Of a DNA stretch of 64,000 bases, positions 56,166 to 64,000 are shown one piece after another. The notes below the pieces were generated by a model. That model did not search any database and was not told where the DNA came from. It saw nothing but the letters and a program-made list of their open reading frames with translations. The first letter of the stretch is position 1. Each line of letters starts with the position of its first letter. The DNA is from Eubacteriales bacterium (GTDB lineage: Bacteria; Bacillota; Clostridia; Oscillospirales; CAG-272): positions 6,941 through 70,940 of the forward strand of contig JAZNNG010000059.1 of assembly GCA_045580165.1 (NCBI GenBank), written 5' to 3'. The position numbers and the translations under genes are program-made.

Positions 56166-56950
56166 TGAATATGTTTTATTCCGGAAAAACAGATATAGGA
56201 AGGGTAAGAAGCACAAACCAGGACAGCTTTGCGGTAAGGACCTACGAAAACGGTATGCTCGTCGCGGTAGTATGCGACGGCATGGGCGGTGTTCAGGGCG
56301 GTAACGTCGCAAGCGAGACCGCGGTTGAATTCTTCTTCAAGAGCCTTGAAAGCAAAAATATCATAAACTTTGACGACGGAGAAAAAATTCCCACCAATGC
56401 TATAACCGCCGCGCTCGGTCAAGCGGTAACCGATGCGAATACCGCAGTCTACAAGAAAGCAACGTCAGATAAGGAGCTTTCGGGAATGGGAACCACCCTC
56501 ACCGCTTGCGTTATAGTCGGAAACAGACTTGTCGCCACAAACGTAGGCGACAGCCGCTTGTATATCGACGCGGGCAGAAAGCTTACACAGATAACTCAGG
56601 ACCACTCGTACGTGCAATTTCTCGTAGACGTCGGCGACATTACGCCCGAGGAAGCAAAGACCCATCCCTACCGTAACAGAATAACCCGCGCTATCGGAAT
56701 ACAACCCGACGTTGATTGCGATATTTTCACGGAGGAGCTCGATAAGTATCAGAATCCGAAGATATTACTTTGCTCCGACGGTCTTTGCGGTCAGGTCGAG
56801 GACTCAGTCATGCACAAAAGCATAACTCTTGCGCGCCGCCGCAATGAGGACGACGCTGCAAGGCTTGACAGAGCCTGCTCTACTCTTATAGACAAGGCTC
56901 TCGCAAGCGGAGGCCCCGACAATATAACCGCCATCCTTATTTCGGTGTAG
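56162..56950 (+). CDS. stp: PP2C-family Ser/Thr phosphatase
   Basis: TDIGRVRSTNQDSF, VCDGMGG, and GGPDNITAILI motifs. Confidence 0.92.
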   Translation: MMNMFYSGKTDIGRVRSTNQDSFAVRTYENGMLVAVVCDGMGGVQGGNVASETAVEFFFKSLESKNIINFDDGEKIPTNAITAALGQAVTDANTAVYKKATSDKELSGMGTTLTACVIVGNRLVATNVGDSRLYIDAGRKLTQITQDHSYVQFLVDVGDITPEEAKTHPYRNRITRAIGIQPDVDCDIFTEELDKYQNPKILLCSDGLCGQVEDSVMHKSITLARRRNEDDAARLDRACSTLIDKALASGGPDNITAILISV

Positions 56951-56994
56951 AGGATCGGGTAACGTAAAAGGCTACATAGAAAATCAAGGATGTA

Positions 56995-58740
56995 ATGGAG
57001 TTTAACATGGATATATTTGAAAAATACGTCGGTCAGATATTTGACCATAGATATAAGATAAAAAAGGAAATAGGTACAGGCGGAATGGCGGTAGTTTTTG
57101 AAGCGTACGATATGCTCAAAAACCGCCCCGTTGCCGTAAAGATGCTCAAGGACGAGATCGCCCGTGACACTCAAGCGGTCAAGCGCTTCATCAACGAGAG
57201 CAAGGCGGTAGCTATGCTCTCTCACCCCAACATCGTAAATATTTTCGACGTTTCGGTGAAGGACAACCTAAAATATATAGTTATGGAGCTCGTCGACGGT
57301 ATCACACTCAAGAACTATATGATAAAGAAGGGCGCGCTTTCCTTCAAGGAGGTCATCAGCATAACCGAGCAGATACTCCGCGCTCTTGAGCACGCTCACG
57401 CAAAGGGCATCGTTCACCGTGACATCAAGCCGCAGAATATTATGCTTCTCAAGAACGGCTCTATCAAGGTAACCGACTTCGGTATCGCTAAGCTTCCCGA
57501 CGCGGAAACCGTTACTATGACCGACAAGGCGATAGGTACGGTGTTCTATATAAGTCCCGAGCAGGCAAGCGGCCGTCAGATAGACCACAGAAGCGACCTG
57601 TATTCGCTCGGCGCTACTATGTACGAAATGGCAACGGGCAAGCTTCCCTTCACCGCCGACAGTCCCGTTTCGGTGGCTCTTATGCAGGTGAAGTCAATTC
57701 CGAAAAACCCCCGCGAATTAAATTCCGCAATTCCGAGAGGTCTTGAACAGATAATCCTCATCGCTATGGAGAAAAATCCCGCACACAGATTCCAGAGCGC
57801 TACTCAGATGCTAAGACATCTCACTCACATAAAGAACAATCCCAAGGCAGTCTTTAAGGTCGCCGAGCACCAGACCGATAACGAAAACCTCGTAAGCCAC
57901 TCGCAAACGGGTACCAAGAGCCGTGCGCAGAGCCGTTCAATGTTCCCCATAATTATGGGTATCGTGTCGGCGTTTATAATCGTAGCCGCTATCAGCGCGT
58001 GCGCGGTATTTTTCTCGCTTCTTGAAGCGACCTCGGGCGAGGAAGCAATAGTACTTGAGATCCCGAAGCTTGAGGGAAGCATCTACTCCGACGAGCTCAA
58101 GCGTCAGCTTGAGGGCAACTACTATGAGGTTACCATCAAGGACGTTTTCGATCCCGACTCGTCAGCCAACACCATTATAGAGCAAGACCCAAAGCCCGGC
58201 GAAAAGCGTAAGGTCATTCCGGGTGAGCAGAGCTGCGAGCTTTCCATTACGGTAAGTAAGGGAGCGCGTACCTTTACTCTTGATAACTACAAGTATCTCT
58301 ACTATTACGAAGCGGAAATAGCCATGAAGAGCCTCGGTCTTATACCCGAGAGAAAATACGTCTACCACGACTATATCCCCGAAAGCTACGTTGTTTCAAG
58401 TGAGCCCGAGGCGGGTGAGACCGTCAAGTACGGCGACAAGATAGTTATCACCATCAGTAAGGGACAAAATTCCGAGGATTATATGGTGACGGTTCCCGAC
58501 TTTACCGAGGGCACCGAAAACGCCGCAAAGCTTCTCCTTCTTGAAAACAATCTTAAGCTCGGCAAGGTCGAGTACGTTGAGTCCACAGAAGAAAAGGGCA
58601 CTATCCTCTCACAAAGCGTTGCGTCTATGTCGTCGGTTCCCGTCGGCACCGAGATAAGCTTTAAGGTCAGCCGCGGTGACAAGGACAACGGACAAAACAA
58701 CAAGAAAAACGACCGCGACATTTTTGACGATATAGGATAA
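56995..58740 (+). CDS. prkC: Ser/Thr protein kinase with three PASTA domains
   Basis: GTGGMAVVF, HRDIKPQN, and DFGIA kinase motifs, one TM helix, and three extracellular PASTA-like repeats. Confidence 0.93.
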   Translation: MEFNMDIFEKYVGQIFDHRYKIKKEIGTGGMAVVFEAYDMLKNRPVAVKMLKDEIARDTQAVKRFINESKAVAMLSHPNIVNIFDVSVKDNLKYIVMELVDGITLKNYMIKKGALSFKEVISITEQILRALEHAHAKGIVHRDIKPQNIMLLKNGSIKVTDFGIAKLPDAETVTMTDKAIGTVFYISPEQASGRQIDHRSDLYSLGATMYEMATGKLPFTADSPVSVALMQVKSIPKNPRELNSAIPRGLEQIILIAMEKNPAHRFQSATQMLRHLTHIKNNPKAVFKVAEHQTDNENLVSHSQTGTKSRAQSRSMFPIIMGIVSAFIIVAAISACAVFFSLLEATSGEEAIVLEIPKLEGSIYSDELKRQLEGNYYEVTIKDVFDPDSSANTIIEQDPKPGEKRKVIPGEQSCELSITVSKGARTFTLDNYKYLYYYEAEIAMKSLGLIPERKYVYHDYIPESYVVSSEPEAGETVKYGDKIVITISKGQNSEDYMVTVPDFTEGTENAAKLLLLENNLKLGKVEYVESTEEKGTILSQSVASMSSVPVGTEISFKVSRGDKDNGQNNKKNDRDIFDDIG

Positions 58741-58743
58741 TCA

Positions 58744-59676
58744 ATGGAAAAATTTATAAACGGAAAAATCGTGCGCGGTGTCGGCGGTAATTACGAGATC
58801 CTGCTTGACAACGAGGTCACTCTTTCGGACGGAAGTACCGCCGACAGAGTGCTTTGCCGCGCAAAAGGAGGATTTCGCCACGAGGGCGAAACTCCTCTCG
58901 TCGGCGATAACGTGGTTTTAAGGCTTGACAATACCGACAGCTTTGTTATCGACGAGATAAAGCCAAGACGCAATTCGCTGATAAGACCCCCTATGGCAAA
59001 CCTCGATATTCTTTTCGTAATGTTTGCCGCAAGATCGCCCGAGCCCGTACTGCTCACCGTGGACAAGCTCATATCCATTGCCGAGCATAACGGTATTGTG
59101 CCCGTAGTCATCGTGACAAAAAGCGACCTTGACGCAGACGCCGCCAATGGCTACGCCGACATATACAGGCGCGCAGGCTTTGGCGTGTTCGTGTGCGGCG
59201 CGGACGGCGATACGTCAGAGCTTTCGGACTTCGTCAAGTCAAGCCTTCGCGGTAAAACGGGCGCGTTCGCAGGCGCGTCGGGTATAGGAAAGTCGACGCT
59301 GTTAAACCGTCTGTTCCCGAGCCTTAAGCTCGAAACGGGCGAGATCAGCAGAAAAATCTCGCGCGGACGCCATACCACGCGCTCGGTCGACCTGTATTCT
59401 GTCGAAACGGGCGGATTTATCGCCGATACTCCCGGCTTCAGTATGCTTGATTTCGAGCGATTTGATTTCTTTACCAACGACGAGCTTATATACACCTTCA
59501 GAGAATTTGACAGGTACATAAGCTCCTGCCGTTATACCAAGTGTACTCACACCAAGGAGGACGGCTGCGCCATTATAGAGGCGGTGCGTTCGGGAGAAGT
59601 GTCAAAGGAGCGCCACGAAAGCTTTGTCAGTATGCGTGAGGCTCTCAAGAACAAGCACGAATGGGATAAAAAATAA
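58744..59676 (+). CDS. rsgA: ribosome small-subunit-dependent GTPase A
   Basis: Circularly permuted GTPase (VTKSDL, GASGIGKSTL) with a C-terminal Zn motif CRYTKCTHTKEDGC. Confidence 0.92.
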   Translation: MEKFINGKIVRGVGGNYEILLDNEVTLSDGSTADRVLCRAKGGFRHEGETPLVGDNVVLRLDNTDSFVIDEIKPRRNSLIRPPMANLDILFVMFAARSPEPVLLTVDKLISIAEHNGIVPVVIVTKSDLDADAANGYADIYRRAGFGVFVCGADGDTSELSDFVKSSLRGKTGAFAGASGIGKSTLLNRLFPSLKLETGEISRKISRGRHTTRSVDLYSVETGGFIADTPGFSMLDFERFDFFTNDELIYTFREFDRYISSCRYTKCTHTKEDGCAIIEAVRSGEVSKERHESFVSMREALKNKHEWDKK

Positions 59677-59681
59677 AACAG

Positions 59682-59716
59682 GGGCGTTGCTTACGTAACA
59701 TAAGCAACGCCCTTTT
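59682..59716 (+). terminator. rho-independent terminator
   Basis: GGGCGTTGCTTA-CGTAACA-TAAGCAACGCCC followed by TTTT. Confidence 0.8.
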
Positions 59717-59762
59717 CATATTATGGTAATGTCAAAACTATTTTTTCAAGGGAGGAGTAAAC

Positions 59763-59852
59763 GTGAAAATTGTGGTTGTGAAATCCCCCAGGATATTCAG
59801 AGGACTTCTCAAAAAAATGTTCAAGGTGAGCAAAAAGCGTCAGCGCAGATAA
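59763..59852 (+). CDS. spoVM: stage V sporulation protein M-like 29-aa peptide
   Basis: GTG start 7 nt after a GGGAGGAG SD. The peptide (M)KIVVVKSPRIFRGLLKKMFKVSKKRQRR matches the SpoVM pattern MK...K.P+F..G....M. It sits after prkC-rsgA, matching Bacillus synteny. It is too short for the ORF track. Confidence 0.6.
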   Translation: MKIVVVKSPRIFRGLLKKMFKVSKKRQRR

Positions 59853-60271
59853 GAGCTTAATTTCTCCATACGGTTCTTTTCGTAATTTATCATATCAGAG
59901 CATAAATTACGTGTTTTTTCGGGACAGTCAGTATTGCGATTGAGATGCTTGCTCATTTTAATGACGCCCATATTAGAGCCGTTTATCATCATCTCTGCGA
60001 TATGGGAAGCGGAGGAATCCATCATCGTGTTCACCGCCATACCCACGTCCGACATAAGCTTTACGCCGAGTCCGGGATCCTGAGGCTTGAGTCCGTGAGA
60101 ACGAAGGAGGGCTGATGACTCTCTCTCAAAGCGTTTGTAGCCGTCAAGCTCCGAGATGAGCTCTTGTCTGAGCTGTCTGTCCTCGGTTTTAGAAAGAAGC
60201 TTTGTGGTAGAGTCAACGCTCATTTTTGCGCTTTTGTGGAGGAATTGGAGCATTTCTTCGTTAGTGTTCAT
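59840..60271 (-). CDS. hypothetical helical protein
   Basis: 143 aa from MNTNEEMLQFL (GGAG SD), predicted all-helical. The ORF-track extension to 60361 lacks an SD. No firm family. Confidence 0.6.
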   Translation of the reverse strand: MNTNEEMLQFLHKSAKMSVDSTTKLLSKTEDRQLRQELISELDGYKRFERESSALLRSHGLKPQDPGLGVKLMSDVGMAVNTMMDSSASHIAEMMINGSNMGVIKMSKHLNRNTDCPEKTRNLCSDMINYEKNRMEKLSSYLR

Positions 60272-60472
60272 AAATAATTGGCTCCGGTTAAATTTATTGC
60301 GGCTTTGTGCCGCAGTAATATTGTGCGCAAAGCGAAGGGTTATATACATATTTTTTTGCACAGATATGCGGCAACATTTACCGCGTGTCTGTGTAATTTT
60401 TTCACTTAAAAGAGGGCAAAATATAAGCGTTGACGGTCGCCGTCAAAAAAATATAATTTTTTCAAAAAAGTG

Positions 60473-60501
60473 TTGACAAGGAAAATAGTTTGTGCTATAA
60501 T
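60473..60501 (+). promoter_or_regulatory. sigma-A promoter of the tRNA pair
   Basis: TTGACA, 17-nt spacer, TATAAT with a TGTGC extended -10. Confidence 0.7.
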
Positions 60502-60533
60502 ATACAAGCGTTCGATTGAAACGCCCAATAAAT

Positions 60534-60610
60534 GGCGGAATAGCTCAGCTGGCTAGAGCATTCGGTTCATACCCGTCAGGTCGTTGGTTCAAATCCGACT
60601 TCCGCTACCA
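60534..60610 (+). tRNA. tRNA-Met (anticodon CAU, elongator type; lysidine-modified Ile2 not excluded)
   Basis: 77 nt. Cloverleaf with TAGCTCAGCTGGCTAGAGC D-arm, CAT anticodon loop (GGTTCATACCC), GGTTCAAATCC T-arm, and an encoded CCA. Confidence 0.9.
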
Positions 60611-60643
60611 GCCTTGTCCGCAACAGTTGGGCAAGGCGCATCC

Positions 60644-60718
60644 GGCCCGTTGGTCAAGCGGTTAAGACACGGCCCTTTCACGGCTGTAACATGGGTTCGA
60701 TTCCCGTACGGGTCACCA
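60644..60718 (+). tRNA. tRNA-Glu (anticodon UUC)
   Basis: 75 nt. GGCCCGTTGGTCAAGCGGTTAAGACAC...CTTTCAC...GGTTCGATTCCCGTACGGGTCACCA is near-identical in form to Bacillus tRNA-Glu. Confidence 0.93.
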
Positions 60719-60725
60719 AAAGAAA

Positions 60726-60754
60726 AAAGACACCTCTGGGTGTCTTTTTTCTTT
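60726..60754 (+). terminator. rho-independent terminator after tRNA-Glu
   Basis: AAAGACACC-TCTG-GGTGTCTTT followed by a T-run. Confidence 0.8.
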
Positions 60755-60852
60755 TGTCGGAGGGAATCGAAAAGGAGGGAGCGAAGCGGAAGAAAACAGT
60801 CCGGTGGACTGTTTTTGCCGACGAGGGCGTGGTAGGCGCAGTAGCGCCGGAG

Positions 60853-60875
60853 CGATTCCCGTACGGGTCACCAAA
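60853..60875 (+). repeat. 23-nt direct repeat of the tRNA-Glu 3' end (att-like remnant)
   Basis: CGATTCCCGTACGGGTCACCAAA is identical to 60698-60720. Confidence 0.85.
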
Positions 60876-60878
60876 CGT

Positions 60879-60928
60879 AACAAATCCGAACTATTTCGTA
60901 AATCGAAATTGGTTCGGATTTGTTTTTT
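60879..60928. terminator. long compound hairpin with T-run
   Basis: AACAAATCCGAAC...GTTCGGATTTGTT with an inner ATTTCG/CGAAAT stem, followed by TTTT. Confidence 0.55.
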
Positions 60929-61002
60929 ACTATAATTATTCGAATTGATACTGAACAACACCGCCGAGAGCAACCAAACGGTTACTCTCGGCAGTGTTTT
61001 TA

Positions 61003-62463
61003 TTAAAATATCTTATATCCCTCTGCTGTATGCAGAATGGTTACTTCGTTGTTTTCAAACATTTCTTCAAGCTGCCTTAGATGTGACACCAATATCCAGA
61101 GGATGTTGAGTGCTGAAAAATGCTTCAACAGATGATACAGACCTTCCGCGCCCTCGGCATAGGCTGTACTCTGGAATGTTTCGTTGAGGAACACAAGCGA
61201 ATTTTCCTTCAAAGTATCAACCATTGCGGCAAGCTCGCGCACCTCTTGCTCAAAACGTCCTGCGTCATTTCCTTCACAAAATTCTTTTTCCGCTTCCGAA
61301 AACTGTGTTGCAATCTGTGAGAATAATGTGATCTCTGCGGATTCACAAGGAATAGGCAAGCCCGCTTGCGCAAGAAGCTGCATTGTGCCAATCGAACGCA
61401 AATATACGGTTTTACCGCTTCCGTTGTTTCCAAACACCAACAAACCGCCATTATCTTTACCAAGCATAAAATCGTTGGGTATCACAGCGGAAGGAGTGGG
61501 CTTTGACATCAGCAGATAAAGGTCATATAGATTTCTGACTTTTATGCTTTGATCTTCCGTGAATGTGGGATAGCGAACAGGCACTTCTTTCCCCGATAAA
61601 GCTTGAATATACTTGAGCGAAACATCGTAAAAGATCAATTCACGCCCGATCAAGCCGTATTTCTCAAATATTTGCTCCGAGATTTTTGCGAACACACCCG
61701 AAAGATCGGACAAGGCGGAAACGGCAAGTCTCTCATACAAACCGTCCTTTTCAGGAGACAAGCGCTGACAGGGATACGCGGTTTCCTCTGCTTTTTTGAA
61801 AAGTGAAAAGCCTTTCTTTTTTAGCTCCGGATCTGTCACGTGAATATATCTGTGATCGATCAGTTCATAAGATTCAATACGCCCCTCATCGTTCATGGCA
61901 AACTTGAAATCCCAATATCCGCTTGCGCTGAAATTCTCATACTTGGAACAGAACGTAATCAGTTTTGAAAACTCGGGATTTTCATACAGATTCTTGCAAG
62001 CGGTGAGAAGACTTTTCAATCCATTAGATTTCAAATCGAATTTTGCCAACAGCTCACCATACGCTTTTACAAATAGCAGCGCGCGTTTGAGGCAAAGAGC
62101 CTGTGTCGCGAGAATGTTTTTGGACGCTGCAGAAGATGCAGTTCCCGTCGTATTCAAGCGGTATTCTTCCTTGCCTGCATCCTTCTGTGATACTCTTAAT
62201 TCTTCAAAGCGTGTCGAGAGTGATATGATTTGATCAAGCAAATCGGGATTGTTTTCAAAATCCTTTAGTACCTCTTGACGATATAGAATCTCATTTTTAT
62301 CATTGGTCAGATCTGACACAACAGACAGGAAGCAATTCCGTTTTTTGACGTCAGCACAAATATGCGCAAAGGAACGGTCAAGAGATAGGTGATACAAAAT
62401 CCTTTCGGATATTGGCTCGGCTTTGGATATGCGTTCGTTCAAATACAAAATACTAATTGCCAT
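61003..62463 (-). CDS. MutS-domain-V-like ATPase, paralog B (no mismatch-binding or Smr domain seen)
   Basis: 486 aa. Walker A GNNGSGKT, Walker B-like SLVFLNETFQST (N in place of D), GRFEQEV in place of MutS STFxxEM, and SHLRQL in place of THxHEL. AAGGAGGTG SD inside the upstream gene, with an 11-nt overlap. Confidence 0.75.
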   Translation of the reverse strand: MAISILYLNERISKAEPISERILYHLSLDRSFAHICADVKKRNCFLSVVSDLTNDKNEILYRQEVLKDFENNPDLLDQIISLSTRFEELRVSQKDAGKEEYRLNTTGTASSAASKNILATQALCLKRALLFVKAYGELLAKFDLKSNGLKSLLTACKNLYENPEFSKLITFCSKYENFSASGYWDFKFAMNDEGRIESYELIDHRYIHVTDPELKKKGFSLFKKAEETAYPCQRLSPEKDGLYERLAVSALSDLSGVFAKISEQIFEKYGLIGRELIFYDVSLKYIQALSGKEVPVRYPTFTEDQSIKVRNLYDLYLLMSKPTPSAVIPNDFMLGKDNGGLLVFGNNGSGKTVYLRSIGTMQLLAQAGLPIPCESAEITLFSQIATQFSEAEKEFCEGNDAGRFEQEVRELAAMVDTLKENSLVFLNETFQSTAYAEGAEGLYHLLKHFSALNILWILVSHLRQLEEMFENNEVTILHTAEGYKIF

Positions 62464-63904
62464 TACCGCACCTCCTTGCCTCTAAAGAATTCTTATCAAG
62501 TCCGTATTTTTTAAGAATATCGGCAGCGTAAGATGACGCACTTCCTTTAGACCGTACAATGCGGAAGGTACGCTTGTTTTCGTCCGTTGAATCTACCTCT
62601 GCTGAGAGTACCGGATAGTCAAGAGACATCACCTCGTGAAAATGCGTCACATACAAGCCAAACTGGTGATTCTCTCCAATTTTCATAGCCGTATCCTTAA
62701 GCAACTCGAACCCTCTCTTATCATCGGTGCCGCTGAAGGTTTCGTTGAAAAGCAAAAAGGCAACCTTATCCTGTGCAGCTTTCAGCATTTCTTCCGTGCG
62801 TCTGCGCTCCTCATCGAGCCTGCCCGTATTGTCAAACCGTTCGTCCTTCGGGAAATGCGACAAGACGATATCAAACGGATATATTTCCGCTTGTTTTGCA
62901 AACACGGGACATCCCGCAAGAAATAAGATCAGATTGACACCGAGTGCGCGGAGATAAGTCGTTTTACCGCCGCCGTTTGCACCAAGCAAAAAACAGAACG
63001 GCTCATATTCGGTGAAATCTGCATCGTTTGGGACGATGTTTTCGCAGTTCTTTGCCAAAAGAGAAATGTCATAAAGCTCTTTTGCTATGTATTGAGTTTT
63101 TTGAGAAATCTTTGCAATACAGTGCGGAATACCGAGCTTGGATGCACGCTGTATCAAGCTATGTATCTCCAAATAGAATTTGATTTCGGAAATATACGCA
63201 GTAGGCTCGTAAAAATCAACGTCGGCATATTTGGCAATTTCAACTTCGATCTGTGCGACCTTATCCGAATAAAGACGGCATATCGTATCCGACAGAGAAA
63301 AATCAATTTTAGTATTCTGCGGTTTCTTTTTAGGAACGGTAAATCCAAGATTTTTGGCGCACTCGGAAATGCTGTCAATTTCACTTACGGCATCATAATC
63401 GGGCGTGAGCCAATTTTTATCAGCAAAGGACAAAAGGCCTGTACTCATTTCATGAAGCAGGCTTTTTATCATTTGTACTGATTCTTTCATATCGGAAAGG
63501 ATAATCTTCTTTTCATCGGAAGAAAAATAATCTGCTACGTCTGCAAATAATGTTCCCCGGGCGTGTATAGAAGCAAGAGCTTCGCAGGAAGTCATATATG
63601 ATTCGAGCACTTCCGCTTGACGATAATATTTGTCAAGCGGAGTTTTCGCATCGTTCAACAAACGCAGCTCCCGCTCGGCATCGGATAGAACAGAAAGCGC
63701 ATTTTCAATACGTACGACATTCTCGTCCTTCTCAAGCAGTACAAACAACTCATTACGACGCACAATTTCACTATGCTTGCAAGGTTGCCGCAATACAGAA
63801 ATCGTCTGTTCACTCAAAATCTTATCAAGCTGCAGATCCGAAAACAGTGTACCTGGCAATAATACGGTATTGCTGTTGTTAAGTAATCGCGGTATTATAG
63901 TCAT
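62453..63904 (-). CDS. MutS-domain-V-like ATPase, paralog A
   Basis: 483 aa. Walker A GANGGGKT, Walker B-like FLLFNETFSGT, and THFHEV retained. GGAGAG SD. The start overlaps the upstream stop (ATGA). Confidence 0.75.
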   Translation of the reverse strand: MTIIPRLLNNSNTVLLPGTLFSDLQLDKILSEQTISVLRQPCKHSEIVRRNELFVLLEKDENVVRIENALSVLSDAERELRLLNDAKTPLDKYYRQAEVLESYMTSCEALASIHARGTLFADVADYFSSDEKKIILSDMKESVQMIKSLLHEMSTGLLSFADKNWLTPDYDAVSEIDSISECAKNLGFTVPKKKPQNTKIDFSLSDTICRLYSDKVAQIEVEIAKYADVDFYEPTAYISEIKFYLEIHSLIQRASKLGIPHCIAKISQKTQYIAKELYDISLLAKNCENIVPNDADFTEYEPFCFLLGANGGGKTTYLRALGVNLILFLAGCPVFAKQAEIYPFDIVLSHFPKDERFDNTGRLDEERRRTEEMLKAAQDKVAFLLFNETFSGTDDKRGFELLKDTAMKIGENHQFGLYVTHFHEVMSLDYPVLSAEVDSTDENKRTFRIVRSKGSASSYAADILKKYGLDKNSLEARRCGNGN

Positions 63905-64000
63905 ATAGCACTCTCCAAATCTCCTAAAAGACGTGACAGAGAATAAATTTCCATACCGTTCACAATATCACCTGCGCCGATAATAACCTCCGTGCCGTGA
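63901..64000 (-). CDS. C-terminal end of an unknown protein (first visible gene of the MutS-like operon)
   Basis: An open minus-strand frame enters from the right edge and ends ...HGTEVIIGAGDIVNGMEIYSLSRLLGDLESAI*. Its TGA overlaps the ATG of the next gene. Confidence 0.5.
   Translation of the reverse strand, partial: HGTEVIIGAGDIVNGMEIYSLSRLLGDLESAI

Noticed and set aside
60584-60973. ORFs 60584..60835, 60691..60948 and 60713..60973
   Set aside because: They overlap tRNA-Met and tRNA-Glu, the terminator and the att-like repeat, so these are not coding.
1-64000. CRISPR arrays, prophage, integrase/transposase genes, rRNA
   Set aside because: No regularly spaced repeats and no recombinase, capsid or terminase-like ORFs were recognised. 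The repeats found are dispersed hairpins or gene-tail duplications.

Overview
This is a 64-kb chromosomal window from a spore-forming Clostridia-type Firmicute. It carries an S2P protease, spoVAC/AD/AE and spoVM, and a dockerin-bearing enzyme hints at a Ruminococcaceae/Oscillospiraceae-like fibre degrader (inference only). About 55 credible CDS and 2 tRNAs are present. The core content is: GH36 alpha-galactosidase, pdxK, a Trp T-box controlling a stand-alone trpB, uvrA-uvrB, pncB, an NrdR-controlled nrdG-nrdD-trxB cluster, azlCD, GH13 glgB, and nifS. There is also the conserved yicC-remA-rpoZ-priA-def-fmt-rsmB-rlmN-stp-prkC-rsgA-spoVM block, followed by tRNA-Met and tRNA-Glu. The accessory content is: a secreted SGNH-esterase paralog locus (one with a dockerin) plus a gene relic, and two CE4 deacetylases. 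It also includes two MITE-like hairpin elements and several REP-like GC-rich hairpins. The most notable observations are the following. (1) Gene 3' ends are duplicated beside small AT-rich, recombinase-less insertions at three places: the pncB tail, the spoVAC tail plus terminator (which physically splits the spoVA operon), and the tRNA-Glu 3' end. (2) An ABC exporter gene and the pncB-associated cassette share one promoter architecture, with two 21-bp-phased ACGAATAGG direct repeats abutting the -35. This implies a shared, unseen activator. (3) A lower-GC operon downstream of tRNA-Glu encodes two paralogous MutS-domain-V-like ATPases with Walker B D-to-N changes. (4) NrdD is fused to a thioredoxin-like domain and sits next to trxB. 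No CRISPR array, rRNA, integrase or transposase was seen. All family calls come from motif recognition by eye, with no database search.
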